Shown here piece by piece: positions 27,101 through 42,200 of a DNA stretch of 64,000 nucleotides. The stretch comes from Raillietiella orientalis. Its lineage: Eukaryota. The stretch spans positions 558,001 to 622,000 of the forward strand of contig JAYWIR010000019.1 of the NCBI GenBank assembly GCA_036172245.1, in the 5' to 3' direction. The position numbers and the translations under genes were made by a program. Position 1 is the stretch's first letter, and each line of letters begins with the position of its first letter. The notes under the pieces were generated by a model. That model saw only the letters and a list, made by a program, of their open reading frames with translations, was not told where the DNA came from and did not search any database.

Positions 27101-30100
27101 CTCTTGGATAGGACCACGGGAGCGGGTGCCTCCCCTCCTTTCTCTCTTTCTGGTTCCCGGCCAAGGAGGAATCTTTCGCTTCTTCGGCGGTTCCATCCTG
27201 CGCGGGTTTGGACTCCGAGGAAGGGGTGGCCGAAAGTTTAATCGACGGTCGGCACCGCAGTTGGGGAAGGAAGGAGCCACCCCGTTCGTTCGGCCAGCGA
27301 GCGCCGGAAGTGGCGGAAACGCACGTCGCCCGATGGCTGCAACGGACGTACCACGAGGGTCAGCGGAGCGAACCGGGCGCACGGAGCGCAAAAGGCGAGC
27401 GTGCGACGACCACGAGGCTCCTCCTGCGACCAGCTGACATCACGTCTCCCGAGGCGTCCCTGGAAGTGCGCCGAAACGAGAGGCAACCACGGACGACGGC
27501 GGCTCCACACAAGCTTCGACCGCCTCGCTCGCTCGGGGTCGAACGAACCGGCGGCACCGTCGATGCCAGCGGACTGCTCCGCTTCCGGTGCGTCCCGACT
27601 GGGGAGAAACCCTTGGCTTCGCGATGTTCCACGTCCCTTCTGTCCCCCAGTTTTTGCTGGCTCCCAGCTCCTGCTGATGCCAAGTTTTCCTCCCGCGGGA
27701 CCGCACCGAACGGCGCACGAGGGCAGCTTTGCGCGTGCCCGTTTTCCTCCTCCTTCCCCGATTCCTCTCCCGGTCGCCGCCGGTGCACGCAAGTTGAGCG
27801 CGACTGCCGAGACACCGCGACCGCCCTCCGCCTCTCTCTCTCTCGAGAGAGAGAGAGAGGCTCGTTTTCCGGATCTTGACAGAACGGGGGAACTTTCGAG
27901 AACATTGGCTCGTGTGCACGTCACCGGTAGGCTTCCCGATTTCCTGTCGTCGTCGGATCTCGAGCCTCAAAGAAGGAAAACGGAAGGGGAACACCACGCG
28001 CTGGTAGGGGAAGTTTGCAAGGCAGGGAGTGGGAGGGATGGGGGAGGAGAGAAAAAAACAAAATAAAAAAAGGTGCGCTCTGGATCGAAGGATCTGTTTG
28101 TGTGGAAACCGATGACCGGCGATGGTGAAGAACTTTCCGGGGGAACAGCGAACGATACACTTTTCGCTCTCCACGCAGAGCTCAACGCTCCTCCTCGAAC
28201 CCGGGTGGGCGTGGCCCGAAGCGACAGCTCTCTCTGCTGGCAAGAGTGATATCGCCGACCTGGGAAACGAAAACTTCTTGTGCTCGCCGCTGGCTCGGAA
28301 TCGCCTCGGCGCCTGCGCGCGCTCCTCCTCGCGAACGGTGCCGAAGGTGTCGTCGGTCGGATGCGAGGGGGGTCGCGCCGGTTCCGCGTCGGCCTCGCTT
28401 CCCGCCAGTTTCGATCCATCTGGTCCGGGGATGCTTGCCGGAAACCCCGCAGGTCCCGTTCAGCCTGTCCGCAGAAGACTTCTTTCCCTCCCTCGTGATC
28501 CTTGTGCGGATTCGGGGAGCGAGCGGAATGTTTGCGCCACTGGTTATGGGAAGCAGACGGCGGTGCTTGCAGTTGAGGGGAAAAGCACACGGGGGGGGGG
28601 GGGGGACACGCACGCACGCACGCACTCCCAAAAAGAAAGGAGCTCTCGGAATGTCTTTCCCCGTTTTCCCTCCTCCCCTTTGCGGGATGGCTAGGGAAGC
28701 ACTTGGGAACGGGGTCTGTGCATTAAACGATTGGAGACAGTTCCTCCGCGGACTGTGCTACATCTACCGCGAATTCCACGCGCAGTCCGCCTCCCGCCTT
28801 TCTGTGCCCCCCCTCCCCCTTTTCCGTCTGCAAGCACAGATTGATCGATAACTTCGATGGCGGCTGGCTGAAAAGCGGGCAAACTCGAGAAAACTCGAGC
28901 TCCCCTTCTGGCGACAGACGAAAGTGCCACTTCTTCCGAGCCCGCGGTTCACACAAACAGCGGCAGCCAATAAAATGGAAACAACAACAACAACAAAAAA
29001 AAAAGCATGCGTTATTCGGGATGAGGAAAGTTGCCCCGTGCACTCGTTATCCTGCTTCCGAACAGGCTGTGGTTTCCTCTTCCCTTGAGGAGCGAGCATC
29101 CCACGGCCGCTCGATCACTTTAAAATTCGCTGTTGAGCGGATCTCCAGATTTGAAAAAAACGAGCGAACAAACTCGCAACATGGTAACCCGGGTCTCCCA
29201 CGACACTTCTGGAAGCGCTGGCAGTTTGCTGGTGTTCTTGCATGCCCTTGGTGCTGCTGCGAAGAGCCACCGCCACCACCTCTTCGTGCTGCTCCTGAGT
29301 TTTGCCCGGACGAGGAGCTTCGTGAAATCACGAGCTGCAACACTCAGCAAGAATTTGGACCGCCGCCTGGTCATTGCTCCGTTCCAAACTGGTTCAGAAC
29401 AAGAAATCAGGGATCCTGCTGTTGCGTAGATAAACGGCAGGAAGTCTTCGAGAGAATGTGACCATCCAGATATGGGGCAGCGTGCAAAAAGGAATGGTGC
29501 ACGTGCAGTTTTCAAACAGATAACCACCAAGATACCATCCACCGAATGAGGACTGAAGTCTCACAATGGAGCAACAATTCTGGCAGCCATTCCCGTATCA
29601 CCAATGAGGCTTCATGTACATTCTTTTGACTTTACATTTATGAAACAATTTCATAGTTTTAAGAACCCACATGTTCTCTTCTTCCATGTTTCAGAGGAGA
29701 AAGAGAAATGGAATTCTAAAATTGAGAGCGTCTTGCGAAAAAGCTCCAGAAACTTTCCTTCCAGTTTAATGCAGTTACAGTTATTCTCATCACATTTAAT
29801 GTCCAAGATTGTTTGGCAGCACGTGCCTCCAGCCCTTATGCAATAGAAGGGATTGAAATTCTGGAGAAGAAATTCTCCCCTCAATGCAATGACCGCTGAA
29901 TGTCTGATCAATGTGAAAGAAAAACAGTGCCCATAAATACGGTACTTCATCGTACTATCAATGATTCCTCTTCCTACTGAGCTCTTCACAAACGATTTTC
30001 GCAAAAAACCTCACATATGCTTACTCTGAAAGTCCGTCTATTATAGATATACGAGTACGATATTGAATTATATCAGGAGCTTGAACAGCTGTATTTTGTT

Positions 30101-30781
30101 CTTTAGTGAGCTTTTTAATATGCAATTGCTCTCTCGACAAATGAAGACTTTCAAGCTCTGAGATGTAATTCAATGTCTTACTCGTACTGTATTTTGGTTT
30201 GCAGCCCTGTTTAATGGCAGTGATATTTCATTAGTATCTGGAACATGCTCTACATGACGAATAATTTATTGATGAGTGTTTTTCTAATGCACTGCAATGA
30301 TTATTCAAATGCAGTAAATGGCATTTTTTTCTGTAGGGGATTTTTGATGTTTTGTCGGAGAAGCTTTCTATAGCAACACGATACTGAAACATCTTTGAAA
30401 CAGTTACAACTGATTTTCAAGTTTGAAGCAAATTTTAATTTACTTTTTTTGTTTTTTTTCGTGAACACAATGTAATTACTACTTATGGAAATATGCAGCG
30501 TTCAAGCAATAATAACCACTGCATTCAAGTATTGGCAGTAACGAGGGCGAACCGCTAGCTTTTACTCAATGATTCATACGAAAAATTCTGATAATCATTC
30601 AAATCATGACATTATGATCCCTTTTCTTTTAATAACCATCCCTTGATAAAGATGCACACGGTGATTTCCAGCGCAAATACACAACTGACAAAGAAAACGA
30701 CTGGTAACTCTGTGGGGAACTTACTCCTTCGCCAATATGGTTGCCGCACTGACCGACTTGAATGTGAACTATTTCCCTCAT
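22569..30781 (-). CDS. Divergent beta-tubulin, 5 exons, 447 aa
   Basis: Exons 30725-30781 ([19 protein letters not shown]), 26368-26476, 25947-26302, 22686-23441, 22569-22634 ([21 protein letters not shown]) total 1344 nt, in phase, with no indels versus canonical beta-tubulin up to residue 426. Keeps [23 protein letters not shown] (beta-type Lys) and MREI. Minus-strand AATAAA at 22522-22527. Confidence 0.93.
24125..24200 (+). repeat. (CT)n microsatellite followed by a C run and a T run
   Basis: About 24 CT units at 24125-24172, then cccccc-g-T21, inside tubulin intron 3. Confidence 0.95.
27832..27857. repeat. Perfect 26-bp (CT)n/(GA)n palindrome
   Basis: ctctctctctctc immediately followed by gagagagagagag. 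Confidence 0.9.
29480..30400 (-). mobile_element. Possible decayed CR1/L2-like LINE remnant in tubulin intron 1
   Basis: AT-rich island in a GC-rich intron with eroded post-RT traces ([20 protein letters not shown]). Multiple stops and frameshifts. Confidence 0.25.
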
Positions 30782-31660
30782 GATGGAAACACTTAAAACT
30801 TAACGTGAATTTCAAAATGGCGAAACACAAATTTGGAGACGAAACGAAACAAATGATAATCCGGAAACGGAAAACAAAAAAAAAATGAGGGTGAAGGCAT
30901 GGGGCTTGCGAAGAGTCCGTGAAGAATTCGAATTTGTGATGCAATAATCGAACTTTGGAATGCTCTGTTGTGTTTGGAAGGGGGGCAGCCCCTTTTTTTT
31001 TTTCCTTTTTCCGTGTTTCGGAGGCGCGGGTGGCACTCGGACGAGGGGTGGGGGGGACCCAGCAGCTTGCGGCTCCCTCTCCCCCCCGCCCCCCCTGTCG
31101 CGGACTTTGCGAGTTTCGCGTTCCGGAAGTGACCCCTCCTGTTGGGGAGTTTCCCGTGGGTCGTGCGGCGGCGTGGCGTACCAAAAGTTCCGACCCCCGA
31201 AACGGGAATCGCGATGGCTGCGGGGAAATAAAAAAAATAAAAAAAAAAAAAAAAAAAAGCCTCTCCTCGACCTGCACAGTGGGGAAAAAAGCTGACGCGA
31301 GCCCTCGCGCCGAATTTGCTCCAAACTTCTTTTTTTCCCTCTCCTGCGATTTTCCTTTTTATTTATTTTCCTTCTTTATTTCCGGACGCGTTCGCGTTCC
31401 CGGCCGAAAGCGCTGCTCCTGCGAGTCCCCCGGAATGGCGCCTCCCACGGCAAGCTTGATTTCCCGCTATAAGCTTTTGTGCGTGCTGCCACCTAGCTGC
31501 TACGTCGGCGGACCCGTTTGAAGGGAGGCGCGTCCAATGAGCGGGCCGCTCGCGATTGATTTGCGCTCACGTGACTCGGCGGTTAAATACGTTGCACCAC
31601 GCCTAACGTCCTTATTTCAGTTGTTTGTGTTGTTGTGGCTTGTGCTGTACTTTTGCCAAA
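30782..31660. promoter_or_regulatory. Putative bidirectional promoter between head-to-head beta-tubulin genes
   Basis: 879 bp between the two ATGs, CpG-rich. YY1/Pho-like caaaatggcg 30813-30822, ETS-like ccggaagt 31123-31130, CCAAT 31534-31538, E-box tcacgtga 31567-31574, TATA-like ttaaata 31583-31589, arthropod Inr TCAGTT 31617-31622. Confidence 0.7.
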
Positions 31661-33286
<1,626 letters not shown>

Positions 33287-36200
33287 GCAGAGTAACGTTG
33301 AAACAGTTATTTTGGAAATACACATTCCTTTCTAGCGTCTCGGTATTAATTTATGCTGCATTCATTATGAGTTGGCTTATCTAATCACTGCTTTTAAATA
33401 AAAGGATTTTGAAAAGGAAAAAAAAAGCGATGATGGAGATTGCAATGATATCTGAATAAAATAGTAAGCTTACGGTGATTTTTCCTTCATTTCTAGAGTG
33501 CCCTGACTACGACCCTCCCCCCCTTCCCCCCAGGGAGCGAAATCCAAGGTGGTGCTCAAAAAAGTGCCACCTGCGGTTTTTCTTTTCTTCCCCCCCCCCC
33601 CCCCCTTTTGTGCGTGCGGCAGCTGTGAGGACGCCTCGACTCGGCGCGAGTGGTGCTCAGTTCGCCCGAGGGCTGTTGCCGCGAGGTGGTCGGAACCTTC
33701 CCGCGTGTGTGAAGGCGCGCCTGTCCTCGGGGGTTTCTGCCGGCGGTGCCCACGACGGACTCTTTCGCGTGGGTGCAGCAAGAGCTGAGGCGGCCCACTT
33801 TTCTTTGCAGCGCCCGCGCGCTCTCGGCCGTGGTGGGTGACTCATGCCGCGCGCGCGCGCCAAGCGACCCAAGGTCCTCCCCCCCTCCTCCCCCGCGCAG
33901 GCGAGCCCTTCGCGAAATTCGGACAAGCGCCGTATTTGGGTGGTGGCCTTTGTTTCTTCCTCCTCTGTGCATCCAACCCACCAGTTTATTGAGGACGGTT
34001 GTTTCGGCACGCGGCTCTGGCGCACATGCGCCGTGGCAGGTTTCGGCAGCCTCTTCCGGGTCGGATTCCCCGCTGGAGCGTCCTGCCGTGCCACGGAGAA
34101 CGAAGGTGCCAATCCGGAGACGCTTTCTTTGGGTGGCGCCATGCCGTCCTCTTCTCAGGCGAGAGTCCCTCGCAAGGTGGTTCTCGCGTTTGCTTGACAC
34201 AGCCTCCTGCGCTTCAGGCCGGGCGGGACCTCGGGTGAGAGAGAGCCTCCGGAACTTGGATGGTTCCTCCGCAGGTCACCTGGCGGAAATCGATTAAACG
34301 GCGGAATCAGGAGGCTACCGGGAGGAATTCCCGTCTGGAACACGGTTCATTGGGCCCCAAGGAGGCTGAAGTGAATGCGAGTCGCCGCAGATCGAAAGGA
34401 CCGTTCTCATTGGTTGGCTGCTGCCGAAACCGAAACGGAGAGCGACGTCTTCCTGGAGTACCAGCGAAGACTCCGGATCGGCGGGTCGCTATCTCCCCCT
34501 CCCCATTTGGGATCCGAGGAGTCCCGGCTTCCTGGCCGGTGGTGGAGCACGCCGCGTGCACCCAACGTGTGGTGGTGGTTGGATTTTTCGATCCGAAGAT
34601 TCCTCGTTGCCGCCGAAGTGGGTCTCCAAAGTAGAATGTTTTCTTTGCCGACGGAGGCGACCTGCCCGGCCCTACAACCTCGGGAGCAGGACCGTGGTGC
34701 GGGCAAGCCGTTCCTTCCGCCCTTCACGGCGCGCGCAACCCGAGAAGGGCACGCGTGCACAGCCCGTTCCGAGACGAGGCGCGCGGTCTCAGGTACGCGT
34801 GGAATGCCGAGGCTGGGAGGACCAGCGCCCGAGAACCCGGCCTCGAGGAGCGATCTTCCGGAGTGGACTCTGGCCCCTTTGGCTCGTGGTGGCGCAGAGA
34901 CCCGGCGGCAGAGCGGAGGTTTTTCAGCTGGGGCCATTTTTTGGGGTGCGCTTCCTCCTTCCTCCCGTCTCCCCTGGTGCGCTCTGACGCACGAGTCAAC
35001 CGATCTCGAGTGGAGTGCCCTGTGGCCACGCTTGCCGTTTTGCGTGCGCGTGCGCTCCAGGGAGCCTCGTCTCGGCCAGCGCAAAAGCGCGACATGGAAA
35101 AACCAGCCTCTTGTTTTGCTTCACTAGCGCGGGGGGGAGGGGGAGGCCGGGTTCGAGAAAGTTCTTTCACGGAGGCTGGCTGGCGGTCGCTCGGAAAAGG
35201 GAAACCCTGCGACGGGGAGGAGGAGGAGCCTCTCGTGCTGCCCGGGGCGCGAGCGCCACCAAGCAGGACGAGGGGTGGCCGTGCTTGGGAAGGAGGTCTT
35301 CGGGGCGGCGGCGAAAGAGGGAGCTGCAGTCGTTCCGCCGTCGCGGGAGGGCTTGCCGCACCCCCGCCCTGCAGCAAGCGACACGGGCGGCTGCGGGGCG
35401 CCGGCGGGCGAGCTCCGAAGAGAGGGAGGAGGAGGTTGGTGGCGAGGCAGGGATGGTCGTGTGGTTTCGTTACCGTTGCGCCGGTTGTAGAGGACTCTCG
35501 GTGGCTCCCTCCTGCGGGAAAGAAGGAAAGAAAGACGAAAAGCTGGAGAGGCTCTCCGTGGCCTTCTCACAGTTGGCGGCAGCCGCTCAAAGGTTCCGCG
35601 ACCTCGCCGTTCACTCTTCGCGATGGAGTGTTTGGAAACGGCCACCTCTTCTGCTGTCACTCGGTGCAGTACCTGCAGAGGGCAAGACGAGAACGCGGCA
35701 GCTCGATACGGCCCGGCTACATCCTTGGAGGCGTGTGTCGAGGCGGGCACCTACGCAACCATGGTAACCGGACGTCGTGCGGGAAGGCAACGCAGCAGTC
35801 CTCCACCTCACTGGCCACCTTCGACGGCCTGCCTTCCGTGGAGCCGAGATATCGGACCCATCGGAAATTCGGTGAGGGCGCTTCCGCGCCAACGTTCGCG
35901 CCAGTTGCAGTTGCGTGGTCGGAATCGCAGGCGCTCCGTCTTCGAACGTCCGCGTTCGAAGGTTCCCGGGAGGGAGTGGGGGGGGGGGGGGAGGGAGGCG
36001 ACGGCCCTCCTGCTCGCGCGCGTCTAGGGTCCGTTGGTCTATCCGCCCCGGCGCCATGCTGGTGCGGGCTCCAGCGCGCGCAGGTCTTTTCCTCTCACTC
36101 CCTCCGCCACCCCGAGGAGCCGAGCGGGGGCGTTCGCTCCGCGCCACGTTTCCGCAGAGGCGCCCCCGGCCGGCGGATGTCATTTCACGTGCCGCTTGCG

Positions 36201-39200
36201 CACCCCGCAAAGTGTGACGACCGGCAGGTTAACTCGCCACGCCCTCACCTCCACGTGCTGTTCTCGGCAAGAGCTGTTGGCAGGCGGGGCAGCAGCAGAA
36301 GGAAGAGGCGGCGCCTACATTATCTGTTTGTTTGTTTATTTATTCTTCTGCCTGCCTTGCTGCCCCGTCCGGATCGATCGATATCCGTAGGGTGTTCGCC
36401 GCAGGACACGTTCGCGCGTTTGACCTTGGGGCATACCGTACTCACTGGAGCTGAAAATCTTCGACGGCTGTGCTGCTGCCTTCCATCCCAGCAGACGTTT
36501 CGTTCGTTTGGCCGCGTCCCCCCCCCCCCCCCCTCTTCCGCGTGCAGCGGCGGTGTGACAGGCGCGTCTGCTGCGCGGCGGATAAACGCGCGCACGCACG
36601 CCTCTCTCGGGAGAGGGGGAGCGCGCGAATTCCTCCGCGATGGGGTGCCTTTTCGGCGCCGGGAAGCGGAAAGTAACGTCGCGATCCCGCGCTCGTCGAG
36701 CGTTTCGATCCCCCCGACTTGGCGGCGAGCGCGTGGGAAGAGGGGGTGCTCGGACTCGCGGGCTGCGCGGGGGGAACAGCAACGGGGACGAGAGCCTCGT
36801 TCGCATCCATGACCAGGTCGGAGGGTGCGTGCTCCCGTGGGGGGGGGGTTGCGTGCGGGCCCGTCCTGTCGCCCTCTGCAAGCGATGCGCAGCAGCAGCC
36901 TGCTTGGACTTTCCCGCAGCCACGGCGGCGGCCACCTTCCACGGAGAAGGGGGTGGGGGAAAGGGGCACTGTCCCGGGGGAAGCACAGGTGACCCGGCGA
37001 CCCGTCGCAGGGAAAAAGGAACGCCGCGACGCGTCCCCGGGCGTGCGCGAGAAACGCCCGGCTTCCATTTTCCTGGCGCCGGAAGACGGAAAGAAGAACT
37101 TCGCGCGTGCGTGCCCGACCGTTCCGCGCATGCGTCGTGCGCGCTTTTCGCGCTCCGCCGAGGGTATCTTCCCGGCCTTCCTGCTCCCTCCTTCCTGTGA
37201 TCCTGCCGAGGTTCCGCCGCCGCCGCCGCCGCGGGCAACGACCTGCCCTGGAGGTGCCGTAGGCGTCCGAGCACGCCGTTCCTCCCGCTTCTCCCGGTTT
37301 CTTCGGTTCTCCCAGCACTTCGCCGCGCCATTGCGGAGGCGGCAGGCGCTCCTGTTGGACCCTCTTTCCGTCTTGCGTCCTCAGGCGCTGCTGCTGATGA
37401 GTCGGCCGTTGAGGACGAGCGACCTGCAGGAGACACTTTCCCTTCGCCTCAAGGCAAAGGATCCGGAGGTGGTCTGGCTCTGGCGCTCGCTCCCACTCCC
37501 TCAGGGTGCGGTTCCACACCTCCTGCATGGAAGAGTTGTTGCCGTTGCCAACTGGGGATGCCCGCGAGTGGGGCGGCCGCCCCCAAGCTGAGGATGCTGA
37601 AGCCCGAGCAGGACGACTTGCCCGTGAATCTGGCCGGGCGCTTCTCAACAAGCGAGGTCCTCTGGGAAGGACGCGGCGCCGCCGCCCTACTGCGGTGCCG
37701 CAACCCGGCACCCGCGGAGTTGCGTTCTGCACCAAACTCCCGCCCCGAGTCGGGGGCGGCGGTTCCTGGAGCGAACGCTCTTCCCGTGTGCTCTTCCCGC
37801 GACGGAAGGGCACGCGATTGCGCCAGGGCTTCTAAAAATAGGAGTTTATTTGCACTCGGGAGACGTCCGCTGCTCCCCACGGAAGCGAGCGCAAAATGGA
37901 AGCTGCCTCTCTTCCCGCAGCGGCGACACCGCTTCGGGTCATCGCCGGTATCGCGTGGGCCACGGAACTCGGAGCGGGCGGAGGGGGGGCTGCCGATGTG
38001 GCGACCACCAGCGGATGCGAGGCTGCCCCGTGGCCGCGTTTCGATCCCCCTGCAGCCTCCAGGGAGCGCGTTCCAGGCGATCCAGCAAAGTCTCTGAGAG
38101 AATCCGTGGGGTGCGCGGGACGCGCATCCTTTCGACCCCGGGCGTCAGGTTTTTGTGATGGAACGTTTCCAAAAGGCCGTCGATGCTCTGTGTGAAGGCG
38201 GTGGCAATCAACGGAGATGCAAATCACCGTGGAGACCGAAAGCGTTCTGTTTTTTCCCTCCTTCCGTGCCCTAATAGCAATTGCAGAAGTGCTGCTACTG
38301 CAGGGGGCGAAGCTTTCGGCGACTTTCCGTGGTGCGTCCCGGAAGGGGGAGGGAAGGAGGCGCGGGAATCGTTTCCAAGCCAACGCGAGGGAAAACGTTT
38401 CGTGCCGTTGCCGGGGGATGACGCATCTCGGTCCGAAGCGGAGCGCTCAAACGGGCGCTGCGGCGCCACCGGCCAGCACGGCGCTTCCCCCCCCCCCCCC
38501 CCCCGGCTTTTCGTTTGATCGATCGCTGAATCGATGGCACAGCAACCTTTCAGCCTGCAACCTCCCGAAGACTTCCCTGGCTACCCGTGGATTTCGATCG
38601 TGACACGGGCGGCTTCCGGCGGGGAAGAACCGTCTCCATGACGCCTCCACCAGCGGTGGCAACCGCACCTCAGCCCGTTAACAGGGGGTGTGAAAAAGGG
38701 GGGGGGGGGAAATGACGGCAACAGCTGTTGCCTGCCCATCTCACACGGTACAGTAATCAGCGGGACCGGTCTTAGGAGGCCGACTGCAATCAGCCCTGAA
38801 GAATGCATCTCTCGCACGTAAACGCCCGAAGCGAACTTTTCCGGAAGGTATAAAGTAATCGATGGCGTGCATGTCGCTGGCCGAAGAGGATGCGGTGGGG
38901 GCCTTCGAACGGAAAGCGGACTGCCCGGCCTGCCCTGCGCGCGCGTGGCTTCACGCTCCGGGCGTTCGTGTACACAAGTGTGTGTACATTCGTCACCGAT
39001 GGGTGGCGGCCCCTTGCTCGTGCTCTCATTGTGAGTCAGACCGTCCGGGCGCCTAAGGAGCGAGCTGGATCTCGACGCCCGACCCGGGCCTCGGCGGCAT
39101 GGAAACCGAGTGACCTTGAAAGACATCGGAACGTCGTCCTCCCTAGCGCTCCGCGCACTCGGCTTCCCTGCAGGAGAGGAGGAGGACGAGCTTTGCTCTC

Positions 39201-40609
39201 CTGCAGGAGAGAGGCTGTCAAATTGGTGCGCGATGCAGCACGGCCTACTTTTTCGTCACCGAAAGATAGCGATATTCACGGAAGTCATTAAGCTCCCGGT
39301 CATCCCTTTCCTCCTTCACGCGTGCTTTCCTGCTCCTGAGGAGCGATGCATCCCGGAACGGTTCGTGCGACCGGGAATTCCCGGCTCTTCCTTGCGGGAA
39401 GGGAACCGCGCCGGCTGTGCAACTGAAAGCGTTCAAACGTGCGCAGCAGCGGTGGAGTTCCTGAAGGACTGGGGTGTCCGACAAGACCACCCCCTCGCAG
39501 GTGTGTGCCAGCGAAACTCCCGTCCGTTTGCTACTACGACGCGAATTCGGGAAGAGTTTCGGGGGTTTCCATAGTTACGCGGACTTACGAGACTACCGGC
39601 AAGATGGCACTCGCCACCCTCAAAGGTGTAGCCAACAAAATGAAGGCTTACGCGTGTGCACGCGCTTACCCCGCCCCCCCCCCCCCTTTCTTCTTCTTTT
39701 CGCGACTTCAAACACATGACGATTTCAGCATGAAGGTCCTGGAAGCACTTACCAGAGAGGCCGGGCTTCTGCGGCTGCAGCAGCGAACCGAACGAACCCC
39801 TCGACCGTTCCCTAATCCCGATTCGCTTTCCGGAAAAGAGCGGGCTGCTTTCATCCCAACTGTATCAATTTCCATTTTATTTTTCATTTCACTTCATTTG
39901 CTTTGCTCAAAGGCACAAGTAGTGCGCCACTGTGCCCTTCTCTCGCCCGGAAGACGGTTCGAGCTTCGAGGGTCCTTAACCCCCCGAAAGGAAGATGTGC
40001 AGCAATGTTGACAGTCAAGATTCGCGTCCGCTCCCTGCTCTGGCAGCTCTCCAGGCACGCCGTCTTGCACGAATTCGATTTTCAACATTTTAACGACCGC
40101 CTTGGAGCCTCTTCGTGGTTCCGGCGTGGCGCTACTCACCCGCGAACCACTCCGAGGTATCGACCGACGGTAACCGAATTTCTGCAAGGAAAACAATCTG
40201 TGGAAGACGTCGAATTGGGCCGGGCGGCGTATATTTTGCGCATCGCGTTCTTTTTTTCTTTTTTTTTTTCCGGGCTGCTCATAATAAGAGGAAGGTTCTC
40301 TTGCCGGAATGCACCATGGCGCCGGGATGCTGCTTGCATACGCAATCGAGCAGGGGACTCGCGGAGCGGTGCAGCCGTTCGAATTGGTTCGCAGCGCCAC
40401 TGATAGATGGCGCGCCGAAACCGTCCGAAGATTCCACGTGGGATCTTTGCACCCTGCGGCAGAGCACTGGAAATCGCGTGATCCTAAGAGTAAGAGTTTG
40501 GGGGGAAACACCCCTTCGGTGGTACGAATGCGTCCAGCTGAGCGCCCCCCTCCCCCCACGATAGCCCCCTCAAGTCGCAGGTCATCCTTTCCTCGGTCAC
40601 CCCTACAAG

Positions 40610-40876
40610 CGCTCTACAGGATCTAGAGGACCAATCCACGCGCAGTGTGATCCCATCACCCCCCCACTCCCAGAACTTGGTGCCCTCCCTACATTTCACC
40701 TTTTGTTTGTTTTTTTGTTTTTTATTCCTACCCCCGCGCGTTGGATGGACCTCGCCGGTTTTTGCACCGGCAACTAGCTTACTGTTGAGGAGTGGTGAGC
40801 CCTTGGGTTCACCACAAGAAAGTAGAATGTGTTTTTATTTGTTTCAAATAAATGCCCCGGCACATCCGGGTGACCA
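40610..40876 (+). mobile_element. 5'-truncated LINE 3'-end copy with 11-bp target-site duplication
   Basis: Flanked by acccctacaag at 40599-40609 and 40877-40887. T-rich tract, hairpins and terminal aataaatgccccgg-N5-ccgggt are homologous to 59160-59399 (+) and 62195-62407 (-). Confidence 0.85.
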
Positions 40877-41499
40877 ACCCCTACAAGTAGAGAGAGTGTC
40901 GACGCATGGAAGAGTGGAGGAGTTCGCACGCGTGCACACACTCCTTAGGTACGCGCCCATTCAGTTGAGCACCTTCTGTTTACGAGATTCCGGATGCACG
41001 AGCCATGCATCCCTTCTCCCGGAAGTTTACGATAATCTGATCCCGGGTTCACCACCGGAAGGGTCGCGCGATCCCATCGGCGCTCAAAACGAAACCCTTC
41101 CACTGCCCGAAACTTTCGCCTTTTGTTTTGCCGTCGAACTTCAAGGCATCGGGGGCTCGATCTACACATTCCCCCCCCCTTCTTCTCGGCCCTCGTCCCA
41201 TACGATCCCCCAGCACGTGGACACTTTGGAGAGTTTCACGTTTCTGCTTTTTCCTTCTTCCCCCTCGGCGGGACCGCTGCTCACAGCTTTGGTTCTCCGC
41301 GTCTCCCTCCCTACCCTCACAAATTCTTGGACAAAACGGCTTTCTGGTTTGGGGAAGGCCGCTGCAGTTCCACTCTGTCGACGGCAGCAGTACCCGACGA
41401 GGAACAAATAGCTCGAGTTAATGGGTGCATGACTTTCAGATGGAGTGATTACGCTGAATTATCTGCAGCCGGGGAGAAGACCCTGGGTGCCTTGAATTC

Positions 41500-42200
41500 G
41501 AACATGGTCCGCAGCTGATGCTCGCCTCCGCCAGTTTCCGATTACCTCGGCTGCCTCCGCAGCGTTTCCCATTACGGATGGTCGTTACGAATTACGAGTG
41601 CCTTTATCGAAAGAGAGATGGGCGGCGCCCACTCCAGCTTGCTGAAGCAGCGCACGACGGCAACACCGTGCACATCCGTTCCTCATGGGACAGCTCAACT
41701 GCGAGCGGGCGCACTACTTTTTTAACCGGCTGAGAGAGGGAGGAGAACACCAAACACCGGATACGGAGAGAGTTCCATCAAGAACAACAACAAAAAGATA
41801 ATGCAAAGGGGACACTTGGAAATCCTTTGGAAAATTTTGGAAGCCCATAGATTGTATGATTGCACCCTACAATCCACGGGATCCCCATGTATCTGCTATG
41901 GATAATCCATTTAGGTGCATCCGCCGGAGGAGGGCGAACCTGCCGCACGCGCCAAGTGCGGAGCGGCCACGTGTGCCATCTATGAAGGAGGAAGGGAACC
42001 GCGCTCACTTTGGAGACTTGGGGACAGAGGGATCTCGTCGGCAACGAGTCGCGGGGTACTAGGAAGGGAGCGACCACCAAATTGGCACCGTAGGGGAACT
42101 TCGAATGCAGCAGCGGCACTCTGACGGGGCATCGGAGGCCGCCGGCCGCCCGCGCCACCTATTGGTGGCCTCGCACTGAGGTGTCCTTCCAGGAGTGCGG
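41500..42200 (-). mobile_element. Possible decayed L1-like RT fragment
   Basis: Traces PYGANLVV (cf. YADDL), SRYMGIP (cf. KYLGIP) and a later WNSL in the expected order; otherwise unrecognisable. Confidence 0.3.

Noticed and set aside
34755..36812. 685-aa plus-strand ORF
   Set aside because: Arg/Gly/Pro/Ser-rich low-complexity translation crossing poly-G/C runs, with no domain and overlapping long ORFs in other frames; expected by chance in very GC-rich DNA.
36320..38400. 497-aa minus-strand ORF and nearby acceptor-like sites (37831, 38190)
   Set aside because: Some protein-like stretches, but no recognisable family and no consistent exon chain. An orphan gene cannot be excluded but is not supportable.
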